From the NCBI RefSeq assembly GCF_965223055.1, contig NZ_CBDCVM010000005.1, positions 318,739-382,738 of the forward strand: a DNA stretch of 64,000 nt. The letters run 5' to 3'. Numbering within the stretch: position 1 is the first letter of the stretch; each line of letters opens with the position of its first letter. Below are positions 46,609 to 56,982 of the stretch, piece by piece. The stretch comes from Reichenbachiella sp. (GTDB lineage Bacteria > Bacteroidota > Bacteroidia > Cytophagales > Cyclobacteriaceae). The notes beneath the pieces are model-generated. The model was not told where the DNA came from and did no database searches. It saw only the letters and a list, made by a program, of their open reading frames with translations. A program made the position numbers and the translations under genes.

Positions 46609-48078
46609 TTATTCTCCGGACTTCAATTCAGGCAGTTGGTAATCAGTAAAAATACTCTCCTCTTTCATTAGCTTTTCGATCTCCTCTGATTTGCGAGGGG
46701 CTTTATCTGATAGCAGTTCGCAGCCATCTTTGGTGATCAAATAGTCGTCTTCGATTCTCACCGGAATGTCCCACCACTTTTGGTCAGTTGGACTTCCGCT
46801 TGTAATGTAGATGCCAGGCTCGATCGTGATGGTCATGTTTTCTTCCAGGTTGCCGTACATGCCTTTGTCATGCACATCCAGACCGATGTGGTGGCAGCAG
46901 CCATGAGGGTAGTATCTGTTTCTTCCAGTTTCAGGGTTGATTACATCTTCATCAGCTGTACTTTCATACAGCCCTAACTCTACCAAACCATTATTTACAA
47001 TTTCTTTGGTGGTTTCGTAAAGCACCGAGAACGGAATCCCTGCTTTGCAAGAATCCGCTGCTGCTTGCTGCGCCTCATAGACCAAATCGTAAATCAACTT
47101 TTGTTCTTTGGTGAATTTTCCGTTCACGGGAATAGTTCTGGTCACGTCGGCCGTGTAGCCATGATACTCAGCACCCAAATCCATTAGGATCAGTTCACCG
47201 TCTTCGATGGCAGGCTTGTAGTTGTCGATATAGTGTAGGATACAGCCGTGGTTACCCGCGCCTACTATACTTGGATAACCTTCGTATTCGGCACCATACT
47301 TTTTGAACACAAACTCGTGGATGCCTTGAATCTCAGCTTCTGACATCCCAGGTCGCATCGCCTTCATCACTTCTACTTGTCCGATGGTAGAAATGTCTAC
47401 TGCCTTACGAACCAGGTCGAGTTCTTCTTCGGTTTTGATCCCTCTCAATTCACGCATCAAAGTATCCAGAGTGACTACATCCAGGTTGTTTTTTTGTGGC
47501 TCAATAGCCAAATCACCTTGATTGTACCCAGCCTTCTCTTTGAACTGCTCGATCAGGTCATAAAGATCGCCTTCTTCTCTCGTATTTCTTACGTCATTGT
47601 GAAAGTCATAAAAAAGTACTTTATCGAACTTTGAAAAATCAATGTTAAAGGCTTCAAAGTCAGGATTTTCGAATGCTACCTGAACATCCAGTTTTTCAGC
47701 TGCGCCATCTTTTCCAAGTCTTGGCCCATCGTAAAGTTCTCTTAGCGCATCTCTGCCTCTGACGAATAGTATTTCATCGAGCTTCTCACCATCTATCTTT
47801 TGCTCATCTTTAAAAATCAATAGGACGCCGTGTGGTTCTTTGTGTCCTGTGAGATAATAGAAATTCGGGTCTTGATGGTAGATATAGTAAACATCATTGG
47901 CTCTATTTCTCACCGGGTTGGCGAAGAAGATGGCCACTGAGTTGTCTGGCATTTTTGCTCGCAGCTCAGCTCTCCTTTCTTTGTGAAATTCGCTATTCAA
48001 ATCATCTGGTGCTATTTTCTGTTGGGCAATGGCAGTGGCAGAGGTTAGGTACAGTATTATTCCTAGTATTTTTCTCAT
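46609..48078 (-). CDS. pepP: Exported Xaa-Pro aminopeptidase (M24B)
   Basis: Signal peptide, FYYLTG, ILMDLGAEYHGYTADVTRT, HHIGLDVHD, TIEPGIY, VRIEDD. Confidence 0.92.
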   Translation of the reverse strand: MRKILGIILYLTSATAIAQQKIAPDDLNSEFHKERRAELRAKMPDNSVAIFFANPVRNRANDVYYIYHQDPNFYYLTGHKEPHGVLLIFKDEQKIDGEKLDEILFVRGRDALRELYDGPRLGKDGAAEKLDVQVAFENPDFEAFNIDFSKFDKVLFYDFHNDVRNTREEGDLYDLIEQFKEKAGYNQGDLAIEPQKNNLDVVTLDTLMRELRGIKTEEELDLVRKAVDISTIGQVEVMKAMRPGMSEAEIQGIHEFVFKKYGAEYEGYPSIVGAGNHGCILHYIDNYKPAIEDGELILMDLGAEYHGYTADVTRTIPVNGKFTKEQKLIYDLVYEAQQAAADSCKAGIPFSVLYETTKEIVNNGLVELGLYESTADEDVINPETGRNRYYPHGCCHHIGLDVHDKGMYGNLEENMTITIEPGIYITSGSPTDQKWWDIPVRIEDDYLITKDGCELLSDKAPRKSEEIEKLMKEESIFTDYQLPELKSGE

Positions 48079-48181
48079 TTTAAAACATTAATGGTTTTGA
48101 ATGTAACTTAAGCATTGGACTTTGTATTTGCCAATGACAATGTGATTAAACGGAGGACTGACGATTTGAATGGTCATAAAA

Positions 48182-48208
48182 AAAGCCCCGATCAACGACC
48201 GAGGCTTT
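48182..48208 (-). terminator. Probable intrinsic terminator of the desaturase gene
   Basis: AAAGCC...GGCTTT stem followed by a T-run on the minus strand. Confidence 0.6.
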
Positions 48209-48228
48209 CAATATTTTCTAATACTGAA

Positions 48229-48999
48229 TTAAGCAGCTTTCTTGAAACTCTCTCTTTTTACAGATACTTCCAATTTTTTAATATGAATCATTCCTAGTTT
48301 ATCCATGACCCACATAATTAAATAGGTAGGATCTATTTCGTGCCAACGAACACCACCAAAATTGGCTCTGTTGCCATGCTTGTGGTGATTGTTGTGATAG
48401 CTTTCACCCATCATCAAGAAATCAAAAGGAAGGAAGTTTTTAGAGGTATCTCCAACTTTGAAATTCACATAACCATAAACGTGAGCAAACCAGTTGATGA
48501 TTGCGCCGTGAATAGGAGCCATCATCCAAGCCATCGGTAAAAATATCCATTGCCACCAAGCTGTGGCAAAAGTAAAAAAGAAGGCAAAGTAGGCAGTACC
48601 CCAAAGCAATCTTGATACCCAAGACCTTGCAAACCTGTCGAATGCAGGCCACTCAGGCACATCTCTTGTAAACCTATCCTCAACTTCCATTTTTTTACTG
48701 GTTATTGCAGAGTAAGTGGTTTTCGTTCGCCACATCATAGCGAATAAATTGCCATCATACTTAGGCGAATGCACGTCCTTTTCTGTATCTGCATAAGCAT
48801 GGTGCATGCGGTGCATTACCCCATAACCATAGGCACTCAGATAGTTAGAACCTTGAAATACCCAGGTAAGAAAGTAACAAAGTTTCTCTCCAAATCTTGA
48901 CATCGTAAAACTCTGGTGCGCTGAATAGCGATGCAAGAAGAAGGTCTGAAAAAACAAACCGCCATACCACATCACCAACATAAATATTAATATCTCCAT
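48229..48999 (-). CDS. Membrane fatty-acid (delta-9-type) desaturase
   Basis: His boxes LHRYSAH, HRMHH, HNNHH. Confidence 0.9.
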   Translation of the reverse strand: MEILIFMLVMWYGGLFFQTFFLHRYSAHQSFTMSRFGEKLCYFLTWVFQGSNYLSAYGYGVMHRMHHAYADTEKDVHSPKYDGNLFAMMWRTKTTYSAITSKKMEVEDRFTRDVPEWPAFDRFARSWVSRLLWGTAYFAFFFTFATAWWQWIFLPMAWMMAPIHGAIINWFAHVYGYVNFKVGDTSKNFLPFDFLMMGESYHNNHHKHGNRANFGGVRWHEIDPTYLIMWVMDKLGMIHIKKLEVSVKRESFKKAA

Positions 49000-49260
49000 T
49001 TCAATTGTTTGTAATCCTAATTACAAGGACAGTATCAATCCTTGTTTGTGACAAAGTTCGGTAAAAAAATCAATATTTTTTGATCGCGTGCTTTTTGACA
49101 TCCGTATCTCTATCTTTGCGGACTCTTAATTTCTTCATTTTGCGCAAGCAAAATGAAGAATTATAAGTGATTGGTTAATATGTTATTGGGGTAATAATTC
49201 GAGTCTTGTTTATCAAATAACCTATTTACCAATAACCCAATAACTTTTCTCAAATACACG

Positions 49261-52077
49261 ATGGCGGAAACACTAGAAAATCAGGTAACCAAAAATATTG
49301 ATCAATTGGATCCACGCGACTTTATAATTATTAAAGGAGCACGTGTCAATAACCTGAAAAACTTAAGTGTGGCCATTCCTAGAAATAAGTTGGTAGTAGT
49401 TACCGGCCTTTCGGGTTCCGGAAAATCATCTTTAGCTTTTGACACGCTGTTTGCCGAAGGTCAAAGAAAATACGTGGAAAGCTTGAGCTCCTATGCCCGT
49501 CAATTCTTGGGTCGTATGGAAAAACCAGAAGTAGATTATATCAAAGGTGTGTCTCCTGCTGTTGCTATTGAACAAAAAGTTAATACCAGAAACCCAAGAT
49601 CTACCGTAGGTACAACCACCGAGATTTATGATTATATCAAATTGCTCTATGCGAGAATTGGACAAACCATATCGCCCGTAAGTGGTGAGCCGGTAAAGCG
49701 TGATACCGTATCCACTGTAGTGGCGGCTGTCCATGCCTATGAAGAAGGGACTAAATTTATGGTCACGGCTCCATTGACGTTGGCAGCAGACCGCACATTA
49801 GATATAGAATTCAATATATTGCTGAGTAAGGGCTTTACGAGAGTACTCATGGGAGGAGAGGTGGAGCAAATTGAAGATTTAGACTCTGAAAAAACTGATC
49901 CAACTAAAGTAGAAATTCTTATTGATCGATTGAGCGTGAATAAGGACGATGAAGATGCTACCTTTCGGTTGTCTGACTCAGTTCAAACGGCATTTTTCGA
50001 AGGGCATGGAGATTGCAATATTCATTTTAGAGATGGAGAGCCAAGAAAATTTTCAGACCGATTCGAGTTGGATGGAATGACCTTCGAAGAACCGTCTGTG
50101 AATCTGTTTAGCTTCAACAACCCCTATGGTGCTTGCCGTAAATGTGAAGGGTTTGGAAAGGTGTTAGGCATTGATCCAGACTTGGTCATAGCTGACAAAA
50201 ACCTCTCTGTCTATGAAGGAGCTATAGTGCCTTGGAGAAGTGAGACTATGAAGAAGTGGCTACAGCCCTTACTCCATATGGCACATGATATTGACTTCCC
50301 ACTGCACCGACCAGTGAAAGACCTCACCGAAGAGGAATACAACCTGCTTTGGGAAGGTAAGGGTCAGTTCGAAGGGTTGAATGCCTTTTATGCATTTATA
50401 GAATCTCAGCTGCATAAGATTCAGTACCGAGTGATGTTGTCTCGCTATCGTGGCAAAACCACATGTCCGGATTGTAAAGGCACTCGACTCAGAAAAGATG
50501 CTTTTTATGTGAAGGTAGGCGGCAAAGCCATTTCAGAATTGGTGTTGATGCCTATCGACCGAGCACTTGTTTTTTTCAGTGAATTGGAATTGAGTGATTA
50601 TGATACTAAAGTAGCTCAAAGAATCTTGAAGGAGATTCAAAACCGATTGAGCTATATGAAGGAAGTAGGCTTGGGGTATTTGACATTGAATCGTTTGACC
50701 TCAACCCTTTCGGGTGGAGAATACCAAAGAATCAAACTAGCTACATCATTAGGAAGTGCGCTGGTCGGCTCCATGTATATTTTGGATGAACCTAGTATTG
50801 GTTTGCACCCCAGAGATACGGCTAGGCTAGGCAATGTTCTGGAAACCTTGAAGCGATTGGGTAATACGGTGATTGTGGTAGAGCACGAAGAGGAGGTAAT
50901 GAAGCGTGCGGATCAAATCATCGACATCGGGCCTGCTGCAGGTATTCACGGAGGTGAATTGGTCTTTCAAGGAGATTGGGATGCGATCTTGGAAGAGAAA
51001 GAGTCGGTTACTGCCAGGTTTTTGAATGGCACTGAATTCATACCAACTCCTACGCGCAGACGTCCCTGGAAACATAGCATTGACATTTTGGGTGCTAGAG
51101 AAAACAATCTCAAGCGAATCGATGTATCAGTTCCTTTAGGCGTTTTGACTGTAGTCACTGGGGTTAGTGGATCTGGAAAGTCTACACTGATCAGAAAAAT
51201 ACTGTACCCAGCGTTGGGTAAGATTGTAGGTGTGACCGGAGAAGAAACCGGGAAGTTTAGCGAGCTCGATGGCGACTACAAAATGATCCAGCGCATGGAG
51301 ATGATCGATCAGAACCCACTCGGGCGAAGTTCACGATCCAATCCAGTTACTTATGTAAAAGCCTATGATGCCATCCGTCAGCTTTATGCGGACCAGCCTA
51401 CCGCAAAACAGAGAAATTTAAAACCGGCTCATTTCTCTTTCAACGTAGACGGTGGACGATGCGAGACTTGCCAGGGCGAAGGTGAAGTGAAAATTGAGAT
51501 GCAATTTATGGCTGACCTGCATTTGACATGTGACGAATGTAAGGGGCGTCGATTCAAAGAAGAAATTCTGGAAGTGACCTTCAAGGACAAACACATTGCT
51601 GACATATTGGATCTAAGTATCGAAGAGAGTTTGACTTTCTTCGAAGATCAAAAGGCTATTGTCTCGAAGCTTAAGCCCTTGGATGATGTGGGACTAGGTT
51701 ATGTGAAGTTGGGTCAGTCGTCTAACTCCTTGAGTGGAGGTGAAGCACAGCGGGTGAAACTGGCCTCCTTTCTTGGCAAGGGCCAATCTGCCAATAAAGA
51801 GAAGATCTTGTTCATCTTTGATGAACCTACCACAGGTCTGCATTTCAAGGATATTGAGAAACTGCTGGATAGTATCAATGCATTGGTAGATCAGGGCAAC
51901 TCGGTGTTAATCATTGAGCATAATATGGAAATTATAAAATCGGCGGATTGGATTATCGACCTTGGGCCTGATGGTGGCGATAATGGCGGCCAACTTTGTT
52001 TTGCAGGGACACCAGAAGAGATGGTAAAACTGGAAGATAATCATACGGCTAGGTATCTTAGAGAGAAAATAAGCTAA
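49261..52077 (+). CDS. uvrA: Excinuclease ABC subunit A (probably the second Bacteroidota UvrA paralogue)
   Basis: [51 protein letters not shown], Zn-finger CxxC pairs. Confidence 0.95.
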   Translation: MAETLENQVTKNIDQLDPRDFIIIKGARVNNLKNLSVAIPRNKLVVVTGLSGSGKSSLAFDTLFAEGQRKYVESLSSYARQFLGRMEKPEVDYIKGVSPAVAIEQKVNTRNPRSTVGTTTEIYDYIKLLYARIGQTISPVSGEPVKRDTVSTVVAAVHAYEEGTKFMVTAPLTLAADRTLDIEFNILLSKGFTRVLMGGEVEQIEDLDSEKTDPTKVEILIDRLSVNKDDEDATFRLSDSVQTAFFEGHGDCNIHFRDGEPRKFSDRFELDGMTFEEPSVNLFSFNNPYGACRKCEGFGKVLGIDPDLVIADKNLSVYEGAIVPWRSETMKKWLQPLLHMAHDIDFPLHRPVKDLTEEEYNLLWEGKGQFEGLNAFYAFIESQLHKIQYRVMLSRYRGKTTCPDCKGTRLRKDAFYVKVGGKAISELVLMPIDRALVFFSELELSDYDTKVAQRILKEIQNRLSYMKEVGLGYLTLNRLTSTLSGGEYQRIKLATSLGSALVGSMYILDEPSIGLHPRDTARLGNVLETLKRLGNTVIVVEHEEEVMKRADQIIDIGPAAGIHGGELVFQGDWDAILEEKESVTARFLNGTEFIPTPTRRRPWKHSIDILGARENNLKRIDVSVPLGVLTVVTGVSGSGKSTLIRKILYPALGKIVGVTGEETGKFSELDGDYKMIQRMEMIDQNPLGRSSRSNPVTYVKAYDAIRQLYADQPTAKQRNLKPAHFSFNVDGGRCETCQGEGEVKIEMQFMADLHLTCDECKGRRFKEEILEVTFKDKHIADILDLSIEESLTFFEDQKAIVSKLKPLDDVGLGYVKLGQSSNSLSGGEAQRVKLASFLGKGQSANKEKILFIFDEPTTGLHFKDIEKLLDSINALVDQGNSVLIIEHNMEIIKSADWIIDLGPDGGDNGGQLCFAGTPEEMVKLEDNHTARYLREKIS

Positions 52078-53249
52078 TGGTAACCACAGGACTAGAATCA
52101 CTAAAAAAAAACCATTCCGATATCAAAGGCAATGTCGGCTACCTGTGCCATGCCGCTTCCATAGATTCCAATTATAATCATGGAATTGACGTGGTTAAAT
52201 CAATATTTGGAGAAAGACTAAAAAAACTCTTCTCACCTCAGCACGGAATATTCGCCGATGTGCAGGATAACATGGTGGAGTCGGGCCACTTTAATCATGA
52301 GTACTACGGATTGCCGGTCTATAGTCTGTATTCTGAAACGCGCAAACCCAACAGGCAAATGATGGAAGGCCTTGACCATGTGCTGGTCGACTTGCAGGAT
52401 GTAGGTACTCGTGTGTACACCTACATCTACACTATGACCTATATGATGGAGGCTTGTGCCGAATGTGGTGTAGAGGTGATTATCCTTGATCGACCGAATC
52501 CAATAGGCGGTGAAAAAATAGAAGGAAATATTCTTGACCTGACTTATCGGTCCTTTGTAGGAAGGCATGTGTTACCTATGCGCCATGGTCTGACTATGGG
52601 AGAAGTCGCGTCAATGGCTAAGAAACATTGGGACATAGATTGTGAACTTCGCGTGATCAAAATGGAAAGCTGGACCCGTGACCAATTTTTTTGGGATACT
52701 AAACTGCCTTGGGTGTTGCCATCTCCCAATCTCCCCAATCCAGAAACCGCATTTTCATTTGTAGGGACCGTTCTTTTTGAGGGCACGAATATTTCAGAAG
52801 GACGTGGCACCACCAAAAGTTTAGAAACTATTGGTCATCCAAATATTGCCAATTATGACTTGTTGAACCAGCTTCAAAAATCTTTTGAATCAGCAGGGTT
52901 GTCAGGGTTTATTCTGAGACCCGTTTCATTTATGCCGACATTTCAAAAACACACCGGTCAGGTCTGTCACGGCTATCAAATTCATGTGACAGATTATACT
53001 CAATTTTCTCCGTGGCATGTCGGACAAATCATGTGTCGTGAATTTTATCATCATTTAGGCAGGGATTTCCAATGGAAACAACCGCCCTATGAATATGAAG
53101 AAGAATTATTGCCCATCGATATTTTGAATGGCACAGATAAAGTCAGAAGATGGGTAGAGTCTAATGGTTCTATGAATGAATTGAATTCTATTGAAACTGA
53201 TGGAATAGCAGAATATTTGGACAAAAGAGCTGAAGTTTTGATCTATTAA
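52077..53249 (+). CDS. DUF1343 / exo-beta-N-acetylmuramidase NamZ family
   Basis: LFSPQHG, VYSLY, DLQDVGTRVYTYI, LDRPNP, WVLPSPN, SEGRGT; no signal peptide. Confidence 0.88.
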   Translation: MVTTGLESLKKNHSDIKGNVGYLCHAASIDSNYNHGIDVVKSIFGERLKKLFSPQHGIFADVQDNMVESGHFNHEYYGLPVYSLYSETRKPNRQMMEGLDHVLVDLQDVGTRVYTYIYTMTYMMEACAECGVEVIILDRPNPIGGEKIEGNILDLTYRSFVGRHVLPMRHGLTMGEVASMAKKHWDIDCELRVIKMESWTRDQFFWDTKLPWVLPSPNLPNPETAFSFVGTVLFEGTNISEGRGTTKSLETIGHPNIANYDLLNQLQKSFESAGLSGFILRPVSFMPTFQKHTGQVCHGYQIHVTDYTQFSPWHVGQIMCREFYHHLGRDFQWKQPPYEYEEELLPIDILNGTDKVRRWVESNGSMNELNSIETDGIAEYLDKRAEVLIY

Positions 53250-53408
53250 CATTGAATCCGCGCACTACTTAGTTTTTATCGTTAATTTTAAGTCCAGTTT
53301 ACCCAAAACTGATAGAAGTGTTTTCTCAGACACAAAATTGCGTTCGCAACTTCCTATTCCTCCAGGAGTGGTTGTGAGCTGGTATCATTATAATTTCAAA
53401 AAACGAAT

Positions 53409-55592
53409 ATGGCTGCTAAGCAATCTGCAAAAACAATCATTGTTTCAAATCGACTACCAGTAAGAATAGTCAAAGAAGATGGCAACCTTGCCTTTACTCC
53501 TAGCGAAGGAGGGCTGGCTACCGGGTTGGGTTCCATTTACAAACAAGGAGAAAACATTTGGTTGGGTTGGCCTGGTGCTGTTCTAAATGAGAAAGAAGAA
53601 TCACAAACCATAAAAGAGTTGAAAGAGCAAAATATGGCTCCCGTTTTTTTAACGGATGAAGACATAGAACTCTATTATGAAGGTTTTTCAAATGAGACCT
53701 TATGGCCAAACTTTCATTACTTCAATCAGTTTTCGGAGTTCAATCAAGAGTACTGGGAGTCATACAAAGCAGTCAACCAGAAATTTGCAGATCAGATACT
53801 AAAAAATGCCAACGCCAACGATACCATTTGGATTCATGATTATCAGTTGTTGTTGTTGCCTGCATTAGTCAGAGCAGAAAGACCCGATATCTCTATTGGC
53901 TTCTTTTTACATATTCCTTTTCCATCTTATGAATCATTTAGGTTGTTGCCATGGAGAAGAGAATTGCTGTTGGGTATGCTTGGTGCCGATTTTTTGGGCT
54001 TTCATACTTACGATGATACGCGTCACTTCTTATCTTCTGTGAGTAGACTGGCAGGTATTGGCAATGAACATGGGCATATCAACTACAACAATCGTCAGAT
54101 CATGGCGGATGCTCTGCCGATGGGGATCGATTATGATAAATATGCTGAGGTGGCTGCAGCGCCCGAAACGCTTGAACGTGAAGTAAGATACCGAACGAGT
54201 ATTGGGAGTGAAAAATTGATCCTTTGCATTGATCGCTTGGACTATTCTAAAGGGATTCCCCAAAGACTCAAAGCCTTTGAGAAATTACTTGAGCGCTACC
54301 CTGAATATCTGGAGAAAGTATCCATACTCATGGTGGTGGTACCATCACGGGATCAAGTAGGCAAATACAAGGAATTAAAAGAGGAAATTGATTTATTAGT
54401 CGGGCGTATAAATGGAAAATATTCGCGACTCAGCTGGACGCCAATCCATTATTTCTATAGATCATTTCCGTTGCATGCGCTTTCTGCTTTTTATAGAATG
54501 GCTCATGTTTGCTTGGTGAGTCCGATGCGTGATGGAATGAATCTGGTGTGTAAAGAATTTATTGCGAGCAAGCTTGATAAAAAAGGTGTTCTGATCTTGA
54601 GTGAAATGGCAGGGGCTTCCAAGGAGCTTTCTGATGCACTGTTGATTAACCCAAATAATCGGCACCAATTGGTGGAGGCCATTCGTGAGGCGTTGGAAAT
54701 GGATGAAGAAGAGCAGGTACAGCGAATGACTGTGATGCAAAACACTATCAAGCGATACAATATTTATCACTGGGTAGACCTCTTCATGAATCGCCTGGAA
54801 TTTGTGAAAAAGGCACAGCGCTCACTAACGACAAAACTACTAGACGAAAAGTCCACCTTGACTGTCGTTTCGGCTTATAAAAAGTCTAAGAAACCATTGG
54901 TGTTTCTTGATTATGATGGAACGTTGCAAGGATTTTTTGGTGACCCTGCTGCTGCCAAGCCAGATCCGGAATTGTATAAGTTGGTGAATGGACTAACAAA
55001 GAAAGCTCATGTGGTAATAATCAGCGGAAGGGATAAAACTACCCTGGGTGAATGGTTCAAAGACTGTAAAGTAGACCTCATCGGCGAGCACGGCGTATGG
55101 CTCAAAGGACACAAAGAAGAATGGCATACCATAACCAATCTAACAGATGCCTGGAAAGAAGCAATAGGTGAAGTGCTTGATGGCTATGTAGCGCGTACAC
55201 CGGGTTCATTTATTGAAGAGAAAGACTACTCCTTAGTTTGGCATTACCGTAAGGTGGAAACAGGTCTTGGAGAACTGAGAACAAGAGAGCTCACCAGTCA
55301 CCTGAAGTATTTGGCTTCCAATCAAAATTTACAAGTATTAGAAGGTGACATGGTGGTAGAAATTAAGAGCACAGAAATTAACAAAGGTAGAGCGGCTCGC
55401 AATTGGATGAAGAGATACGAAGGCGCTGATTTCATTATGGCCGCAGGTGATGATTGGACAGATGAAGACACCTTCAAAGCCATGCCGGCCGAAGCCTATA
55501 CCATCAAAGTGGGGAGCTCAAATTCTGCTGCTAAGTTTAGTGTAAACAGCTACGAAGATGTTCGAGCACTTTTGAAGAGTATGGTTAATTAA
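53409..55592 (+). CDS. Bifunctional trehalose-6-phosphate synthase/phosphatase (OtsA-OtsB fusion)
   Basis: VSNRLP, GGLATGL, WIHDYQL, DRLDYSKGI, DGMNLV, then HAD motif FLDYDGTL and AGDDWTDEDTF. Confidence 0.95.
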   Translation: MAAKQSAKTIIVSNRLPVRIVKEDGNLAFTPSEGGLATGLGSIYKQGENIWLGWPGAVLNEKEESQTIKELKEQNMAPVFLTDEDIELYYEGFSNETLWPNFHYFNQFSEFNQEYWESYKAVNQKFADQILKNANANDTIWIHDYQLLLLPALVRAERPDISIGFFLHIPFPSYESFRLLPWRRELLLGMLGADFLGFHTYDDTRHFLSSVSRLAGIGNEHGHINYNNRQIMADALPMGIDYDKYAEVAAAPETLEREVRYRTSIGSEKLILCIDRLDYSKGIPQRLKAFEKLLERYPEYLEKVSILMVVVPSRDQVGKYKELKEEIDLLVGRINGKYSRLSWTPIHYFYRSFPLHALSAFYRMAHVCLVSPMRDGMNLVCKEFIASKLDKKGVLILSEMAGASKELSDALLINPNNRHQLVEAIREALEMDEEEQVQRMTVMQNTIKRYNIYHWVDLFMNRLEFVKKAQRSLTTKLLDEKSTLTVVSAYKKSKKPLVFLDYDGTLQGFFGDPAAAKPDPELYKLVNGLTKKAHVVIISGRDKTTLGEWFKDCKVDLIGEHGVWLKGHKEEWHTITNLTDAWKEAIGEVLDGYVARTPGSFIEEKDYSLVWHYRKVETGLGELRTRELTSHLKYLASNQNLQVLEGDMVVEIKSTEINKGRAARNWMKRYEGADFIMAAGDDWTDEDTFKAMPAEAYTIKVGSSNSAAKFSVNSYEDVRALLKSMVN

Positions 55593-56103
55593 GAGCTTTC
55601 GTCATCTCTCTTAGGTTGGTGGACTCACCTTTATGAAAAGATACTTCGCGGACCATATCCATGTGACCCCATAAGTATTTGTGCCCTTTGAGACCTTTCG
55701 TGGATCGCATGCGTCGTTTAAGACGTGCGATTTCTTGGTCAGTTGCTTTCCTTTTATCACCGAGTTGACCGTAAAGCTTTACTGCCGGATAGCTATCAAA
55801 CCTTCGTTTGAAAAGTGATTTGATCCAAAACAAGCGACTACTATTTACGCCCAACACGCAAATATTTTTATTTGACTTGGCATGCTGAGGCAATTTGGAC
55901 GGAAACATTTCAAAATAAAACCCCGCTTGATTGTCGTTCAAAAATAGAGAGCCAATAGGAGTAACAGTTGGGTTGTTTCCTGCATCGACTGAGGCTACAG
56001 AAACATGCAGGTTGGTTTTAAAACTTTGGTTAAAATGTTTTCTGATTTTAGGCCAGTCATCGGTGAGGTTCATGTTATGGTTACGTTTTAGAGTTCCCTC
56101 CAA
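55585..56103 (-). CDS. Pyridoxamine 5'-phosphate oxidase-like (FMN-binding split-barrel) protein
   Basis: SVASVDAGNNPTVTPIGSL motif. Confidence 0.7.
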   Translation of the reverse strand: MEGTLKRNHNMNLTDDWPKIRKHFNQSFKTNLHVSVASVDAGNNPTVTPIGSLFLNDNQAGFYFEMFPSKLPQHAKSNKNICVLGVNSSRLFWIKSLFKRRFDSYPAVKLYGQLGDKRKATDQEIARLKRRMRSTKGLKGHKYLWGHMDMVREVSFHKGESTNLREMTKALN

Positions 56104-56131
56104 TGTACGGATTACCTTGAATAGAGATGCA

Positions 56132-56518
56132 CTATGTTTCCATCTCTTCGAAGATTTCTTGAATATCAGCTGGCAATGGTTGCGACTGGATCATTGAGAC
56201 CCTGCTACTTCCTACATTTCCTACTGGAATCTTATTGATGAAGGATAATGGAGCTCCGAAGATCAATCTTATGAGTTGACCAACGATTTCTTTAAGATTT
56301 GTGGTTTTAATACCTAGAAGAAACATTTTCCAGTGCGTTTCGGTGTGTTGAAGTGGGTAACGTTGGCTTATGATATGAGCCCGTTCTAGATGGTGCCAGG
56401 CAGTAGCTATTTCTTGTTTACTCCACGCAGAATCAAACTTGACTAATTCTTCAACATAGAATGGATTAAGATTATCCGGCATTTTTGTATTCAATTTCAT
56501 ATCAATGTTTTTGTACAA
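56132..56518 (-). CDS. DUF3703 family protein
   Basis: AWHHLERAHIISQ...H...HWKM...GQLIRL...PVGNVGSSRV. Confidence 0.8.
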   Translation of the reverse strand: MYKNIDMKLNTKMPDNLNPFYVEELVKFDSAWSKQEIATAWHHLERAHIISQRYPLQHTETHWKMFLLGIKTTNLKEIVGQLIRLIFGAPLSFINKIPVGNVGSSRVSMIQSQPLPADIQEIFEEMET

Positions 56519-56638
56519 AACTGATTCAGGAAGAATTAAATGTCTTGTATAAACCAGCTGAATAATTCTATTGCCATTAATTATACAAAACTGAAACTAA
56601 TGTATTAAATTCACGTTTGTATAACAAATCAATTTACA

Positions 56639-56980
56639 ATGGGAAGTACAAAAGGGAATCATTTGGGCGAGTTCGAGGAATTAGCGCTACTTACTGTTGG
56701 AGCTCTTTTCGACGAAGCCTATGGTGTAGCTATCATGGATGAAATCGCATCAAAGACAGGAAGAAAAGTCAACATCAGCGCTGTGCATGAGGTGTTGAAG
56801 AGGCTTGAGAAGAAAGGCTTCGTTCAATCGAGAATGGGCGGAGCTACCAACGAACGTGGAGGAAGGCGTAAACGATTTTTCACGCTCACCTTCGAAGGAA
56901 AAAAGGCGCTGGACCAATCCATCGGATTGAGAAATGAACTTTACAATTCTATTCCAAAGCTCACATTTAATTTTTCTTAA
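56639..56980 (+). CDS. PadR family regulator
   Basis: LGEFEELALL, AYGVAI, LKRLEKKG, RGGRRKRFF. Confidence 0.92.
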   Translation: MGSTKGNHLGEFEELALLTVGALFDEAYGVAIMDEIASKTGRKVNISAVHEVLKRLEKKGFVQSRMGGATNERGGRRKRFFTLTFEGKKALDQSIGLRNELYNSIPKLTFNFS

Positions 56981-56982
56981 TC

